Shown in pieces: positions 53,744-64,000 of a stretch of DNA of 64,000 nucleotides. The stretch's first letter is position 1. Each line of letters opens with the position of its first letter. The position numbers were made by a program, and so were the translations under genes. The notes beneath the pieces are model-generated. The model saw nothing but the letters and a program-made list of their open reading frames with translations. It had not been told where the DNA came from and made no database searches. The DNA is from Chrysomallon squamiferum (taxonomy: Eukaryota; Animalia; Mollusca): contig CM022669.1 in the NCBI GenBank assembly GCA_012295275.1, positions 17,918,001-17,982,000 on the forward strand, in the 5' to 3' direction.

Positions 53744-54192
53744 CTGGGGACTGATGAGCCGTTTTTAAGATATTTGGCCATTTCACCCAAACCTTGATGG
53801 CTAATGACTGAAAACCTGTTGATGCTTATAGATCTGTTATTAGTCTTGATTACAGTACAGAGTTTGATAGATTGCCTTCAATAACATTGTTGTAGGAAAC
53901 ACTTTTGTGAGTGGGTCTGTGATGGCTCATCAGGCCCCAGGGTAAGGGACCAATGAGCCACCCTTTTTGGTTAGCTCTGCTGAGAAGAAACCAGTGTCTG
54001 TCTTCTGTTCTTTCTTTTCAGACATTCTTTTTACACCAGATTCAGCACTCTAGTCTATCCAGAAGAAAAGTAATACCAGTAAATAATTATCTGTCATATA
54101 ACATTGATTTTATAGCAATATATTCCCCTGAAATGCTGTGGGATTCAAGGAGTTACCTGCCTGTGGGACCCCATAGAAAATGGCTCATTGGT
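53744..54192. mobile_element. Two adjacent MITE-like elements with related terminal inverted repeats
   Basis: CTGGGGACTGATGAGCC (53744-53760) pairs 16/17 with GGCTCATCAGGCCCCAG (53924-53940). ACCAATGAGCCA (53949-53960) pairs 12/12 with TGGCTCATTGGT (54181-54192). Confidence 0.5.
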
Positions 54193-55749
54193 TCACAACA
54201 TCACTTTCATTATGTTAGCCCAGTGTACCAGAGAACCACATGGTTGATCAACTTAAACTGTATTTAAAAGTCAAAAGAAATTACTAACAAAAAACACAAA
54301 CCTTTACAGGATCTATGAAATATGTATTATTGCCTTAATATTAAATTATAACCAGAACACAAAACAATTACTCAAGGTAGCCAAAAATGATCTTTTTAAC
54401 TGGTGTGTTGATGGACTGTTCAAAAGATCTCTAAACAATATGGCTGAAGTTCACATGTTTAATAGCTGCACTGATGGTGATGAGATGTCACCACCATTAA
54501 TGCAGTCAGAAGTTTAAGGAGTGGCTGAAAGATCCTATCTGAGTTTTCCCAATTTCTGCTAAATTCATATTATTTACATAAGTGTACACACAAGTATATC
54601 ATTTACTATTAAGTAACAGATCAGAATAAAAGAGTTAACATAATAATAATAATCTTTACCAAATGATCCCACTTTGCTTCTGCCAGGGGAATTACGCCCT
54701 CCAAAAGTCAAAGTCCTGTGTCAGTTAGACCATCCCATTCTGTCCTGCTTGTAGGTATATTAAATTAAAAAGAATTTTGGTCATCAGCAAGAATGATTGA
54801 AAATCCTTTAAACAAGGTCCTATCAGTATCTTAATACATATGACTGTTAGTCTGTGTGGGTGTGATATTGTCTTCTATGCAATGAAGTCATGTATTTACT
54901 TGTAATGTTATACTGAATACATACACACACATGTAAAAGTTATGTATTATTAAATACATAAATGCCAACTGTTAAGATATTTGGATTCTTATCGCAGTGG
55001 CTGTATTGATTATTAAACTATTTAGCTTTAGTCTGTTAGGAACATTCATTCATAATGTAATAGTATGAGTGTGTGTGTGTGTATAAGTGTGTTGACCAGA
55101 TCTGTATAATGTGCTATAAAATAAAATAAAAAAATAATAGTGATGATTATGATGATAATGATCATAGTCAAAATATTAATATAATAATAATAATAATAAT
55201 AATAAAAAATAATAATAATAATATTAAAAAAAAAAAAATAGCAATACTAATAATTTCAGCAAAGCAGGAAGAAATAGGAACTTCCATTTTTTAAAATGGA
55301 GTAAACTGCAGACAAATTGACCCATAATGCATGCAATGAAGCAAGAAATATTTTTTACTCAGATACATATTTTTATTTATATTTTTATACTGAACACTAA
55401 AATTGTAATATGTGAGGACAACACAGCAAGAGACAAAACATTCTAATCTCAAACAACTGGCCACTGTTTGACAAGTACAAGTTAGAGTTAGTGATTTTTA
55501 AAACAAAAATAAAAAAATTATATCCAGGCAGGAAAATTAATACTACTACTTTTGATAAACTGAAAATGGGGAGAAGGCTGATGTGGGAAATATTCTAATG
55601 GCAGCATAGATGAGATTTGATCCAGAAACCATCTGTGCTTCAAGACATGTCAGTAGCATAAAACTATTAGAACATTTTGTTTCTCAGTCTTTTGGCTAGT
55701 TTTAGAAAACGATATTTCAGTAAGTCAGATATGAAAGTTGCATTATATA

Positions 55750-55805
55750 CTGGAATTGAACTCAAAACCTACCATTCTTCAAGTTAACTACTTAACCAAT
55801 AAACC
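55750..55805 (-). mobile_element. Degenerate tRNA-derived SINE head
   Basis: The minus strand reads GGTTTATTGGTTAAG...GAGTTCAATTCCAG, with A-box-like and B-box-like motifs at tRNA spacing. No cloverleaf could be folded. Confidence 0.35.
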
Positions 55806-55824
55806 TCTGTCTGTAATATATAAT

Positions 55825-55856
<32 letters not shown>

Positions 55857-56246
55857 GTTTCTCTTGCAACCTTTCTATGTGAGTTCTACCAAACTGTATT
55901 TCGTGTGAATTTCTCTCTATAAATGAGAAATAAAAATTTCCTTTATTGATTGTGTGTGAGTAACATGGAGTAGAAACCATTGTAGAGCAGTTCTCTGGTT
56001 GTTAAATGAAACAGCTGTTACTAACACTTATAGCACAGAAACACCAATGTTTAATAATTAGGTTGTAAGCTAGTAACAGTATCCATACTTTTATATCTTA
56101 ATTACACACAACCTTTCTTCATAGTTTTCTTACTGTTTTAATGAGGATTAAAAGTTTTCAGTTTTTGTATTGGTGGGCGATGTTATGTTTCAGTTGCTGA
56201 CAGAAACTTTGATGAATTCAAATAATATATTTTATACTTGATTTAG

Positions 56247-56390
56247 CAAATGGCGGTGGTTGGTGCTTTCCTGCTGTATGTGGGAAGGTTCATATTAAAG
56301 ATCCCTTCCTGCTAATTTCAAGAATTCAGTTATTGTCAGTTAACAACTGTTGTTATATAAAATGTGCTAGGATGGGAGGTCATTAAGCAT
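56247..56390 (+). mobile_element. Degenerate SINE core fragment (related copies at ~28030 and ~60260)
   Basis: CCTGCTGTATGTGGGAAGGTTCATATTAAAGATCCCTTCCTGCTAAT resembles two other loci in the window and, from memory, the central domain of mollusc MESC/Meta-type SINEs. Confidence 0.45.
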
Positions 56391-56544
56391 TCAGTAAATC
56401 ATTCAGCAATGTTTCTAGAACCAGACTTCAAAGATGATCATTTTGTTAAGTTTATCAACACATTTAAAATAAACAGTTGCTAACTGTGAAATCTGTGGTA
56501 GTAATAGTAGTTCTTACTGTCCCAGTAATATAAGATACCAGTTA

Positions 56545-56830
56545 GTGACAATGATGTAAACTACTAGTTAGTGATAGTCACACTGATGTAAAATACTAGT
56601 TAGTGATAGTCACAATAATGTAAAAAATACTAGTTAGTGATAGTCACAGTGATGTAAAATACTAATCAGTGATAGTCACAGTGATGTAAAATACTAATCA
56701 GTGATGTAAAATACTAATCAGTGATGTAAAACACTAGTTAGTGATAATCACAGTGATGTAAAATACTAATTAGTGATAATCACACTGATGTAAAATACTA
56801 ATCAGTGATGTAAAACACTAGTTAGTGACT
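56545..56830. repeat. ~32-bp / 20-bp minisatellite
   Basis: GTGATGTAAAATACTAGTTAGTGATAGTCACA units with internally deleted variants. Confidence 0.88.
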
Positions 56831-57435
56831 TTGACATCTTTTAATCATAATGATGAATGGCAGCACATAATTTAATCATGGCCAGATATTATTTTTTTCA
56901 TTTTTATGACAGAAATGATATATTATATCATAACTTTACTACTGTTATAATACATATCACCTTATTTAATGAGTTAGTGTCAGAAACTCAACTAGTATGT
57001 GTAATGATATAGGCCAGTTCTGTATTTTTTTAGTAAAGAGTATTTATGTTAAATACTTTTTATGTGATAATTTTATTTTTACAGTTTTACTGTTAGTATT
57101 ATCATGTACTGCTTAGATGTGCATTATTTTCTTGTTACTGTTTTATTATTAAGGATAATATTAATATATTTATTATTATTGTTTTTGTTGTTGTTATATC
57201 ACAGTTATAATTATTATCATTGTTTTTTCTATCTGTTAATTGTCTTTTATTATTAATGATATTATTATTATTATTATTACCAATATATTATTATTATTAT
57301 TACTATAATTATTATTATTATTATTATTGCTATTATTATTAATACAATATTGTTATTATTATTACCAATATTATTATTATTATTATTATTTTGCTATTAT
57401 TATTAATAAAATAGTTATTATTATTACTATTATTA

Positions 57436-57474
<39 letters not shown>

Positions 57475-57529
57475 CATTATCATCATCATCATCATCATCA
57501 TTATTATTATTATTATTATTGTTATCATT

Positions 57530-57594
<65 letters not shown>

Positions 57595-57612
57595 CATTAT
57601 AATTATTTTCAG

Positions 57613-57780
57613 ATGTATATACTGTGCTTTCTGGTGTTGATGTGTTGTGTTGACAGTGGTTGGACGAATGTTGAAGTGAGTTTTATTGACACTATGCTGG
57701 TTGTCAACGAAGGGGATCAGTTTACTGTTCGCTTGCAGACAAAGGGACAGGTTACTAAGGAACTGGTTGCCATAGTTTCC
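57613..57780 (+). CDS. ADGRV1: ADGRV1 first coding exon (signal peptide)
   Basis: ttttcag|MYILCFLVLMCCVDSGWTNVEVSFIDTMLVVNEGDQFTVRLQTKGQVTKELVAIVS|gtaagt. Confidence 0.85.
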
Positions 57781-58215
57781 GTAAGTGTTTGTTAGAAGTG
57801 ATTAAGAAAATATTATCTATGAAAATATTATCTAGTGAATAAACAGCAATGTGAAATGAAATAAAATATAATGAAAAAATATGATGAAATGAAATGAACT
57901 GATGAATTGAAATTAAAATTAAAATTAAAATTAAAATTAAAATTAAAATTTCAGTTAAAATTTCAATTAAAATTTCAATTAAAATTAAAAATTAAAATTA
58001 AAATTAAAATTAAAATTAAAATTAAAATTAAAAAATAATTAAAATTAAAATTAATTTCATTTCATTCAATCAAAATTTAATTCACTTTAATACAAAATAA
58101 AATATGACATAAATATCACAAATCACAAGTAATCAAAATACAAAATAATTAAAAACAATACTATGTAATTATTTTCTAATTAACCTGCCCATATTATCAT
58201 TCATTCTTCCTGTAG

Positions 58216-58461
58216 GTTCAAAGTGACATAGGCAAAGACTTCATAGGAGACACACAGGTAGCTCGGTTTATGCCAAATGATGTGGACACTGTCAATGTCA
58301 CATTCACTGTCAGAGATGACGATGAGGCCGAGGGTGATGAGATTTTCATCCTGTACATGGTCCTGGCAGGCAGCATGCCAGCCAGCATAGGTGAACCCAG
58401 AGAATCAAAAGTGAAAATTTTAGCCAATGATGACGCTTTCGGAGTGTTTGGCTTTGTTGGT
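58216..58461 (+). CDS. ADGRV1: ADGRV1 coding exon 2
   Basis: ctgtag|VQSDIGKDF...VRDDDEAEGDEIFILY...KILANDDAFGVFGFVG|gtaagt. Confidence 0.92.
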
Positions 58462-58667
58462 GTAAGTATTAGGTTTTTTAGTCTTTGCTGTTTATTTGTT
58501 TGTTTATTTATTTATTTATTTATTAGTTTGTTTATTTATTTATTTATTAGTTTGCTTGTTTATTTATTTATTTATTTATTATTTAGTTTGTTTATTTATT
58601 TATTTATTTATTTACTTATTTATTTATTAGTTTGTTTATTTATTTATTTATTAGTTTATTTTATTTT

Positions 58668-58702
<35 letters not shown>

Positions 58703-58924
58703 TTTGTTAGTTTGTCAGTTAATTAATTTATTTATTTATTTATTTATTTGTTAATTAATTAATATATTAATTTATTAATTTATTTATTTATTTATTAGTT
58801 TGTTACTTAATTACTTAATTTATTTGTTTATCTGTATATATTTGTTAATTAATTAATTAATATTTATTTATTTATGTTTGTTAATTAATTTACATATATT
58901 TATTTATTCAGGTATTTAGTTAGT

Positions 58925-58955
<31 letters not shown>

Positions 58956-59154
58956 TTTTTCATTTAAGTTGGGTTTTTTCGTTGAAATATTTATTTAATT
59001 GTAATTATTTGTCTGTCTTTCTGCATATCTCTCTGTAATTCATCCATCTGCCAGTTTTCTGTCTATCAAATTATCCGTCTGCTTTTCTGTTATTCTGTCA
59101 GTCTAACCACTATGTCAGTATAAATCATTATGATTGTCTTTTATGTTCTGCTAG

Positions 59155-59256
59155 GCATCCCCTGTGGAAGTGCCTGAACTGAGCTACACGTCTGTTAAAG
59201 AAGTGAAAATTAAACGCACAAAAGGAACCGTTGGAGAAGTTACTCTTCATTTTCTG
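59155..59256 (+). CDS. ADGRV1: ADGRV1 coding exon 3
   Basis: ctgctag|ASPVEVPELSYTSVKEVKIKRTKGTVGEVTLHFL|gtgagt. Confidence 0.9.
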
Positions 59257-59401
59257 GTGAGTGTTCATTATAAGACAGATGCACATACTCACACAAAGAT
59301 GAACAGACACGTACACATGCAAGAGCAGGTATTACAACACACACATACACACACACATACACCCCCCCCAGACAAACGCACACAGACACACACACACACA
59401 T

Positions 59402-59432
<31 letters not shown>

Positions 59433-59807
59433 CACACAACACACACATGCACACTCACACTCATTCAACCACATATTAGCACTAAGTCACAAAATACCAT
59501 AACACTAACACACACAGTATAATAACACTAACATAACAAACATAACATATACATATGATACCAACAAACATAAACTGATCAAACATAAAAAGATATAACA
59601 CCCAGTCCATGCGTTCAATTTCAGTAAAAAAAATAAATAAAATAAAAAATAAAAAATATAAATATTTTAAATTTTTTTTACAAATTTAATCTGTTACATC
59701 AATCTGTTATATTGTTATTCTTCTCATTTGTAATCATGTGTCACCCTTCTTTTTCTTTTCTTTTTGTTTTTACTCTCTTTTTTAATCTTTTTTTTTTTTT
59801 TTCAAGC

Positions 59808-59965
59808 TTAATTTGATCACCTGTGCTAAACTTAGATTTTATTTATTTATTTTATTTTATTTTTTTTTTAAATTTAATCACCTATGCTAAACTTAGATTT
59901 TATTTATTTATTTTATTTTATTTTTTTTTTAAATTTAATCACCTGTGCTAAACTTAGATTTTATG
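59808..59965. repeat. ~61-bp tandem repeat, about 2.5 copies
   Basis: AATTT.ATCACCT.TGCTAAACTTAGATTTTAT occurs three times. Confidence 0.85.
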
Positions 59966-60058
59966 TTTGTTTATTTTGGTCTTTCTTTTTTTTTTTAACT
60001 TAATTTAATTACAGATATATTTTATTACGTTATTATTTTTATTTATATATATATACAG

Positions 60059-60175
60059 GTGAACTCCACCAGCTCTGATTCTGTTGATGATGATCTGTAT
60101 CCAGGCAGTGGAATAGTAAAGTTCCTGTCTGGTGAGACAGATGGCTTGATCCACCTGCAAATAAAAGCAGACAAT
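60059..60175 (+). CDS. ADGRV1: ADGRV1 coding exon 4
   Basis: atacag|VNSTSSDSVDDDLYPGSGIVKFLSGETDGLIHLQIKADN|gtgagt. Confidence 0.9.
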
Positions 60176-60279
60176 GTGAGTATTTCACCTAAACCGGTCA
60201 AGTGGTTAGAGAACTCCGGTTAGATTCAGTAATGGCTCACAGCATCAGTGCATATTCATCAAAGGCTGTGGCACGTGTA

Positions 60280-60895
60280 CTCCTGTTAATGGGAAGGTGC
60301 ATGTAGTATTCCTTGTTAATTTATTACTCTTGAACTGTCATAAATATTCTCTGCTGTTAATGGGAAGGTACATGTAAGATTTGTTTTTTGTTTATTAAAA
60401 ACTGAATTGTAATAAATATGCTTTCCTGTTAATAGGAAGGTGCATATAGCATTCCTTGTTTTGTTTGTTATTCCTGAATTGTAACAATACATTCTTTTCC
60501 TGTTATGATTCCTGATTCATAAGTTATTCCTGAACTGTAATAAATACTTTACCTGTTAATGATGAGGTGGATATATAATTCCTGGTTAGTTGATTATACC
60601 TGAATTGTCACAAATATACTTTCCGGTTAATGGCTAGATACATATAAGATTCTTTGTTTATTACTGTTGATTTGAAATTATTGTACTTTTCTGTTAATGG
60701 GAAGGTATATATATTATTCCTTATTCATTTATTATATAAGATTTTTTGTTTGTTTATTATTCCTGAACTGTAATAAATACATTCTCCTGGAAAGATGGAT
60801 TTAAGATTTCTTGTTTGTTTATTAGAACCTGAAATGCAATAAATATATTTTTCCTGTTAATGGGAAGGTTTTAAAACATTCCTTGTTAATGCAAT
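60280..60895. repeat. ~71-bp degenerate tandem array in an ADGRV1 intron
   Basis: CTGTTAATGGGAAGG...ATTCCTGAACTGTAATAAATA units start at ~60283, 60354, 60426, 60553, 60624, 60691 and 60854. Confidence 0.85.
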
Positions 60896-61060
60896 TACTC
60901 CTTTAACAGTACAGATCAGATGCCTATTGTAGGGGGAGGATATTTTGTCATCATTCAGATTTTATTTAATGGTCCTGAACTGCTATTTTCAGATATGTTG
61001 CAAGTTTAATGTAGTGTTCTGAAGTGTGCATGATAAAAATATATTTTGCTATTTTCACAG

Positions 61061-61183
61061 GTGCCTGAGAATGATGAGCGTTTTACAGTTATTCTCACTG
61101 ATTCTGTACCACCAACCAAACTGGACAGACCCCAGATTGACGTTGTCATACGCGCCAACGATGCACCCATCAGATTCTCAAAT
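61061..61183 (+). CDS. ADGRV1: ADGRV1 coding exon 5
   Basis: ttcacag|VPENDERFTVILTDSVPPTKLDRPQIDVVIRANDAPIRFSN|gtgagt. Confidence 0.92.
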
Positions 61184-61623
61184 GTGAGTGAATATTCTTA
61201 ACATATTCAGTATAGGTGCAGATATAGACAGAAACACATATACAGTGTGCATATATATACAAAAATACATACACAAGTGCATGTGAAATAAACATGCACA
61301 CATACCCAGAACTTTATATACAGCAAACATGCACACAAATACATGTTTACAGTCTACATGTACATATATGGACAAATACAGAAATACATAAGCTGTATAC
61401 ATGCACACATATACATATCATAAATGAAATTGATACATGTATAAATCGTATTATATATGAACATGTAAAGAAGCATGGAAAAATAAATATATATACAGAA
61501 ACATGCTTAAACAAACATGGAGACATGGGTATATCTAAACACATAAAAAAAACAAAAAACAAATGTAAATAAAACATTAAACAATTTTATATACAAACAT
61601 AAATATTCCCTCTTACACTGGTA

Positions 61624-61654
<31 letters not shown>

Positions 61655-61805
61655 GTTTCTTTCTCTCTCTGACTGTATCTGCTTCTCTCTTTCTGTCTCT
61701 GTCTCTCTGTCAGTCTATCTATGTATGTGTGTATCTATCTATCTATCCTTTCTCTCTCTCTGTGTCTTTCAAATACACAGGCCACTATATCTTATTAAAA
61801 ATATA

Positions 61806-61836
<31 letters not shown>

Positions 61837-61839
61837 CAG

Positions 61840-62616
61840 AGTGTTTACAGGTTTGATGAGAAGACACAGACAGTGAGTATTCCTGTATATCGAGGAAAAA
61901 CTGACGATGGAAAATCTCAGATCGGTTCACTGGACGGCATCGTTACGGTTCAGTACTCTTTCCGAGACATAACAGCCACCAATGGCAAGGACTACAAAGG
62001 GATCAGTGGTGAGCTGATGTTTGCAGCAGGCGAGACAACCAAGATGATCACATTTGACATCATCGACGACACCGATGCAGAACTGGAGGAATCGTTCGTC
62101 ATCGAGTTCATAGGAATCAAAGGCGATGCAGTGTGGGTGGTTCCCAACCGTGCAACTATCAGCATCAGCGCCAACGACAATCCCAATGGTGTCATCACTT
62201 TCAGAGCGCAGGACTTTCTGCACTTTCAGTCAGGGATTCCTGTGAAGAGGGTCAACGAAGACGTGTATTCGGTGGTCAAGTTGCCGGTGGTGAGAAATGG
62301 AGGGACGTTTGGGGTCGTCACGGTCAACTGGGAGATAGTGAGAAACGAAACCAGTAGTGATCCAGTCACTAGTGACGTGGGTCCTGAAAGAGGCGTGATC
62401 AGCTTTGCCAATGGAATCAGCAGTCAGGACATTGCGTTGACGATCGTGCAGGAGAACTTGCGAGAACCGTCGGAAAGGTTCAAAGTGAGACTGCTGTCTG
62501 CATCAGCATCGGCTACGCTGGAGGGAATTACTGAAGTGTTTCTGCTGATCGAGGACAGTGATAATGTGTATGGACTGGTGGAGTTTTCTAATTACATTAA
62601 TCAAAGAATCGTAACA
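61840..62616 (+). CDS. ADGRV1: ADGRV1 coding exon 6 (two Calx-beta repeats)
   Basis: poly-T cag|SVYRFDEK...DDTDAELEESF...ISANDNPNGVITF...RNGGTFGVVTVNW...IEDSDNVYGLVEF...QRIVT|gtaagt; 777 nt. Confidence 0.95.
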
Positions 62617-63138
62617 GTAAGTGTAGCATATAATTACATATGTCTGTATGCATATATATATGTTTGTGTGTGTGTTTGTGTGTCTGTGAGTCTTTATGTC
62701 TGTATATATGATTTTAGAGGGATTTGTGAGACTTTATTGAATTTTCTAAATAAAATACACACTGGTACTGGGACATATATGACATACATACTCATACAAA
62801 GATACACATACACACAAATACAGCTGTACATAGACAGAGCTGATTGCACCAGCTCTTAATACTTCAGAAATTATGAAGAACAAAAACACAGTATTTATTC
62901 CCTTACTTTTATCAATTCTATTTATTTATTTTAATTTTATTTTATTCTATTTATTTATTATTTTTTAATTTATTTAATTTAATTTAATTTAATTTAATTT
63001 AATTTTATTTTATTTTATTTTATTTATTTTTGTTTATTTATATATTTATTTAATTTTGTTTATTTAATTTTGTTTATTTAATTTAATTTAAAATTATTTA
63101 ATAAGATTTTATTTTCTTTTACTTTATTTTATTTTTTT

Positions 63139-63173
<35 letters not shown>

Positions 63174-63290
63174 CTTACTTATTTATTTATAAATCTTCCT
63201 TCATTTTTTTTTTAAATCTTTATTTAAATATTTACTTCTTCTTATGTATTTTTCAATAACATTTTTATTTTATTTCATTTTTTACCTAAG

Positions 63291-63552
63291 ACAAAAGATT
63301 CCAGATACTTACGACTTCAGCTAAGTCGTCGACCTAGCCAGAAAGCCAACCTCACAGCCAACATAACAATAACCTACCTGACGAGGTTCGGCAAAGACGA
63401 CACAGAGAATGTCCTGGAAGAACCGCAGATTGAAGTCGTCATGAAGGAAAATGAAGATCTGGTAAACGTGGACGTGCCGATACAAGCATCCGCTTTTCTC
63501 CATATTGACGGCCGTTTCCAGGCAACACTAACGAATATAGCTCTCGAAACAG
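63291..63552 (+). CDS. ADGRV1: ADGRV1 coding exon 7
   Basis: cctaag|TKDSRYLRLQLSRR...VDVPIQASAFLHIDGRFQATLTNIALET|gtagat; open and in frame. Confidence 0.88.
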
Positions 63553-64000
63553 GTAGATGTGGATTTCATTTTCATTTCAAATCATTTTTTTATTTTTTTT
63601 TTTTTTTTTTTTTTTTGTTATTGATAATATATTTTGTCTACATTATTTGGTGATATGATACTAGGTGTTGAAAAGATTTTGTTTATTTTTTTTTTTTTCA
63701 GAAAAAAAAAAGTCGGAAAAAATAACTACAATTTTTATATTTATTTTTAAAAAATAAAAATTTCTTTCATTCTTTTTTTTTTGTCTTTTTTTTTTTTTTA
63801 GTTGTCTTTTTGTTGCTTTTTAAAAAAAAAAGAAGATTTTTGTTTATAATCTTCATCATCATTATCATCATCCTCTTGATGTAAAATTTCTTTTTTTCTC
63901 TTTCCTTTTATATTTTTACATTATTGTTCTTATTTTATATTTCATTGTCTCATTTCCATCATCTTTATACTTTTCTTCTGCATCACTACTCCTTTATCTA

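Larger units (their letters stand above)
57613..63552 (+). other. ADGRV1: Gene span (5' part): adhesion GPCR V1 (VLGR1/GPR98), Calx-beta repeats; continues beyond the window
   Basis: A signal peptide is followed directly by tandem Calx-beta repeats (DDxxxExxExF, I.ANDD..GV..F, RxxGT.G.V.V.W). This architecture from residue 1 fits ADGRV1 rather than NCX, FRAS/FREM or integrin beta4. Confidence 0.88.

Noticed and set aside
55750-55805. Possible tRNA gene
   Set aside because: A/B-box-like motifs are present, but no acceptor or anticodon stems could be folded; treated as a SINE remnant.
56545-56830. CRISPR-like appearance of regular ~30-bp repeats (also 36060-36495, 40940-43540)
   Set aside because: The units abut with no unique spacers, there are no cas genes, and the context is eukaryotic.
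57613-63552. Na/Ca exchanger, FRAS1/FREM or integrin beta4 as the Calx-beta gene
   Set aside because: Four or more Calx-beta repeats follow the signal peptide directly, with no TM helices, CSPG repeats or integrin domains.

Overview
AT-rich, microsatellite-dense animal genomic DNA with GT-AG introns, probably a lophotrochozoan and plausibly a gastropod mollusc (inferred, not proven). There are six protein-coding loci. (1) The first coding exon of a death-associated protein kinase (DAPK) on the minus strand, which the ORF track misses; its intron runs off the left edge. (2) A complete 10-exon HACD3/PTPLAD1, head-to-head with DAPK. (3, 4) A tandem pair of intronless paralogous genes for secreted coiled-coil proteins. 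Both have an angiopoietin/myocilin-like N-terminal two-Cys motif, no C-terminal globular domain, and Pro-rich tails ending in His clusters; the second copy carries two compensating frameshifts. (5) A 9-exon sorbitol dehydrogenase with several local indels that look like assembly errors. (6) The 5' part of a Calx-beta-repeat adhesion GPCR (ADGRV1/VLGR1). The rest is minisatellites (one spanning a 200-N gap), foldback/MITE-like elements and degenerate SINE-like fragments. The best candidate for an undescribed system is the secreted coiled-coil gene pair. All coordinates were read by eye; no searches were run.
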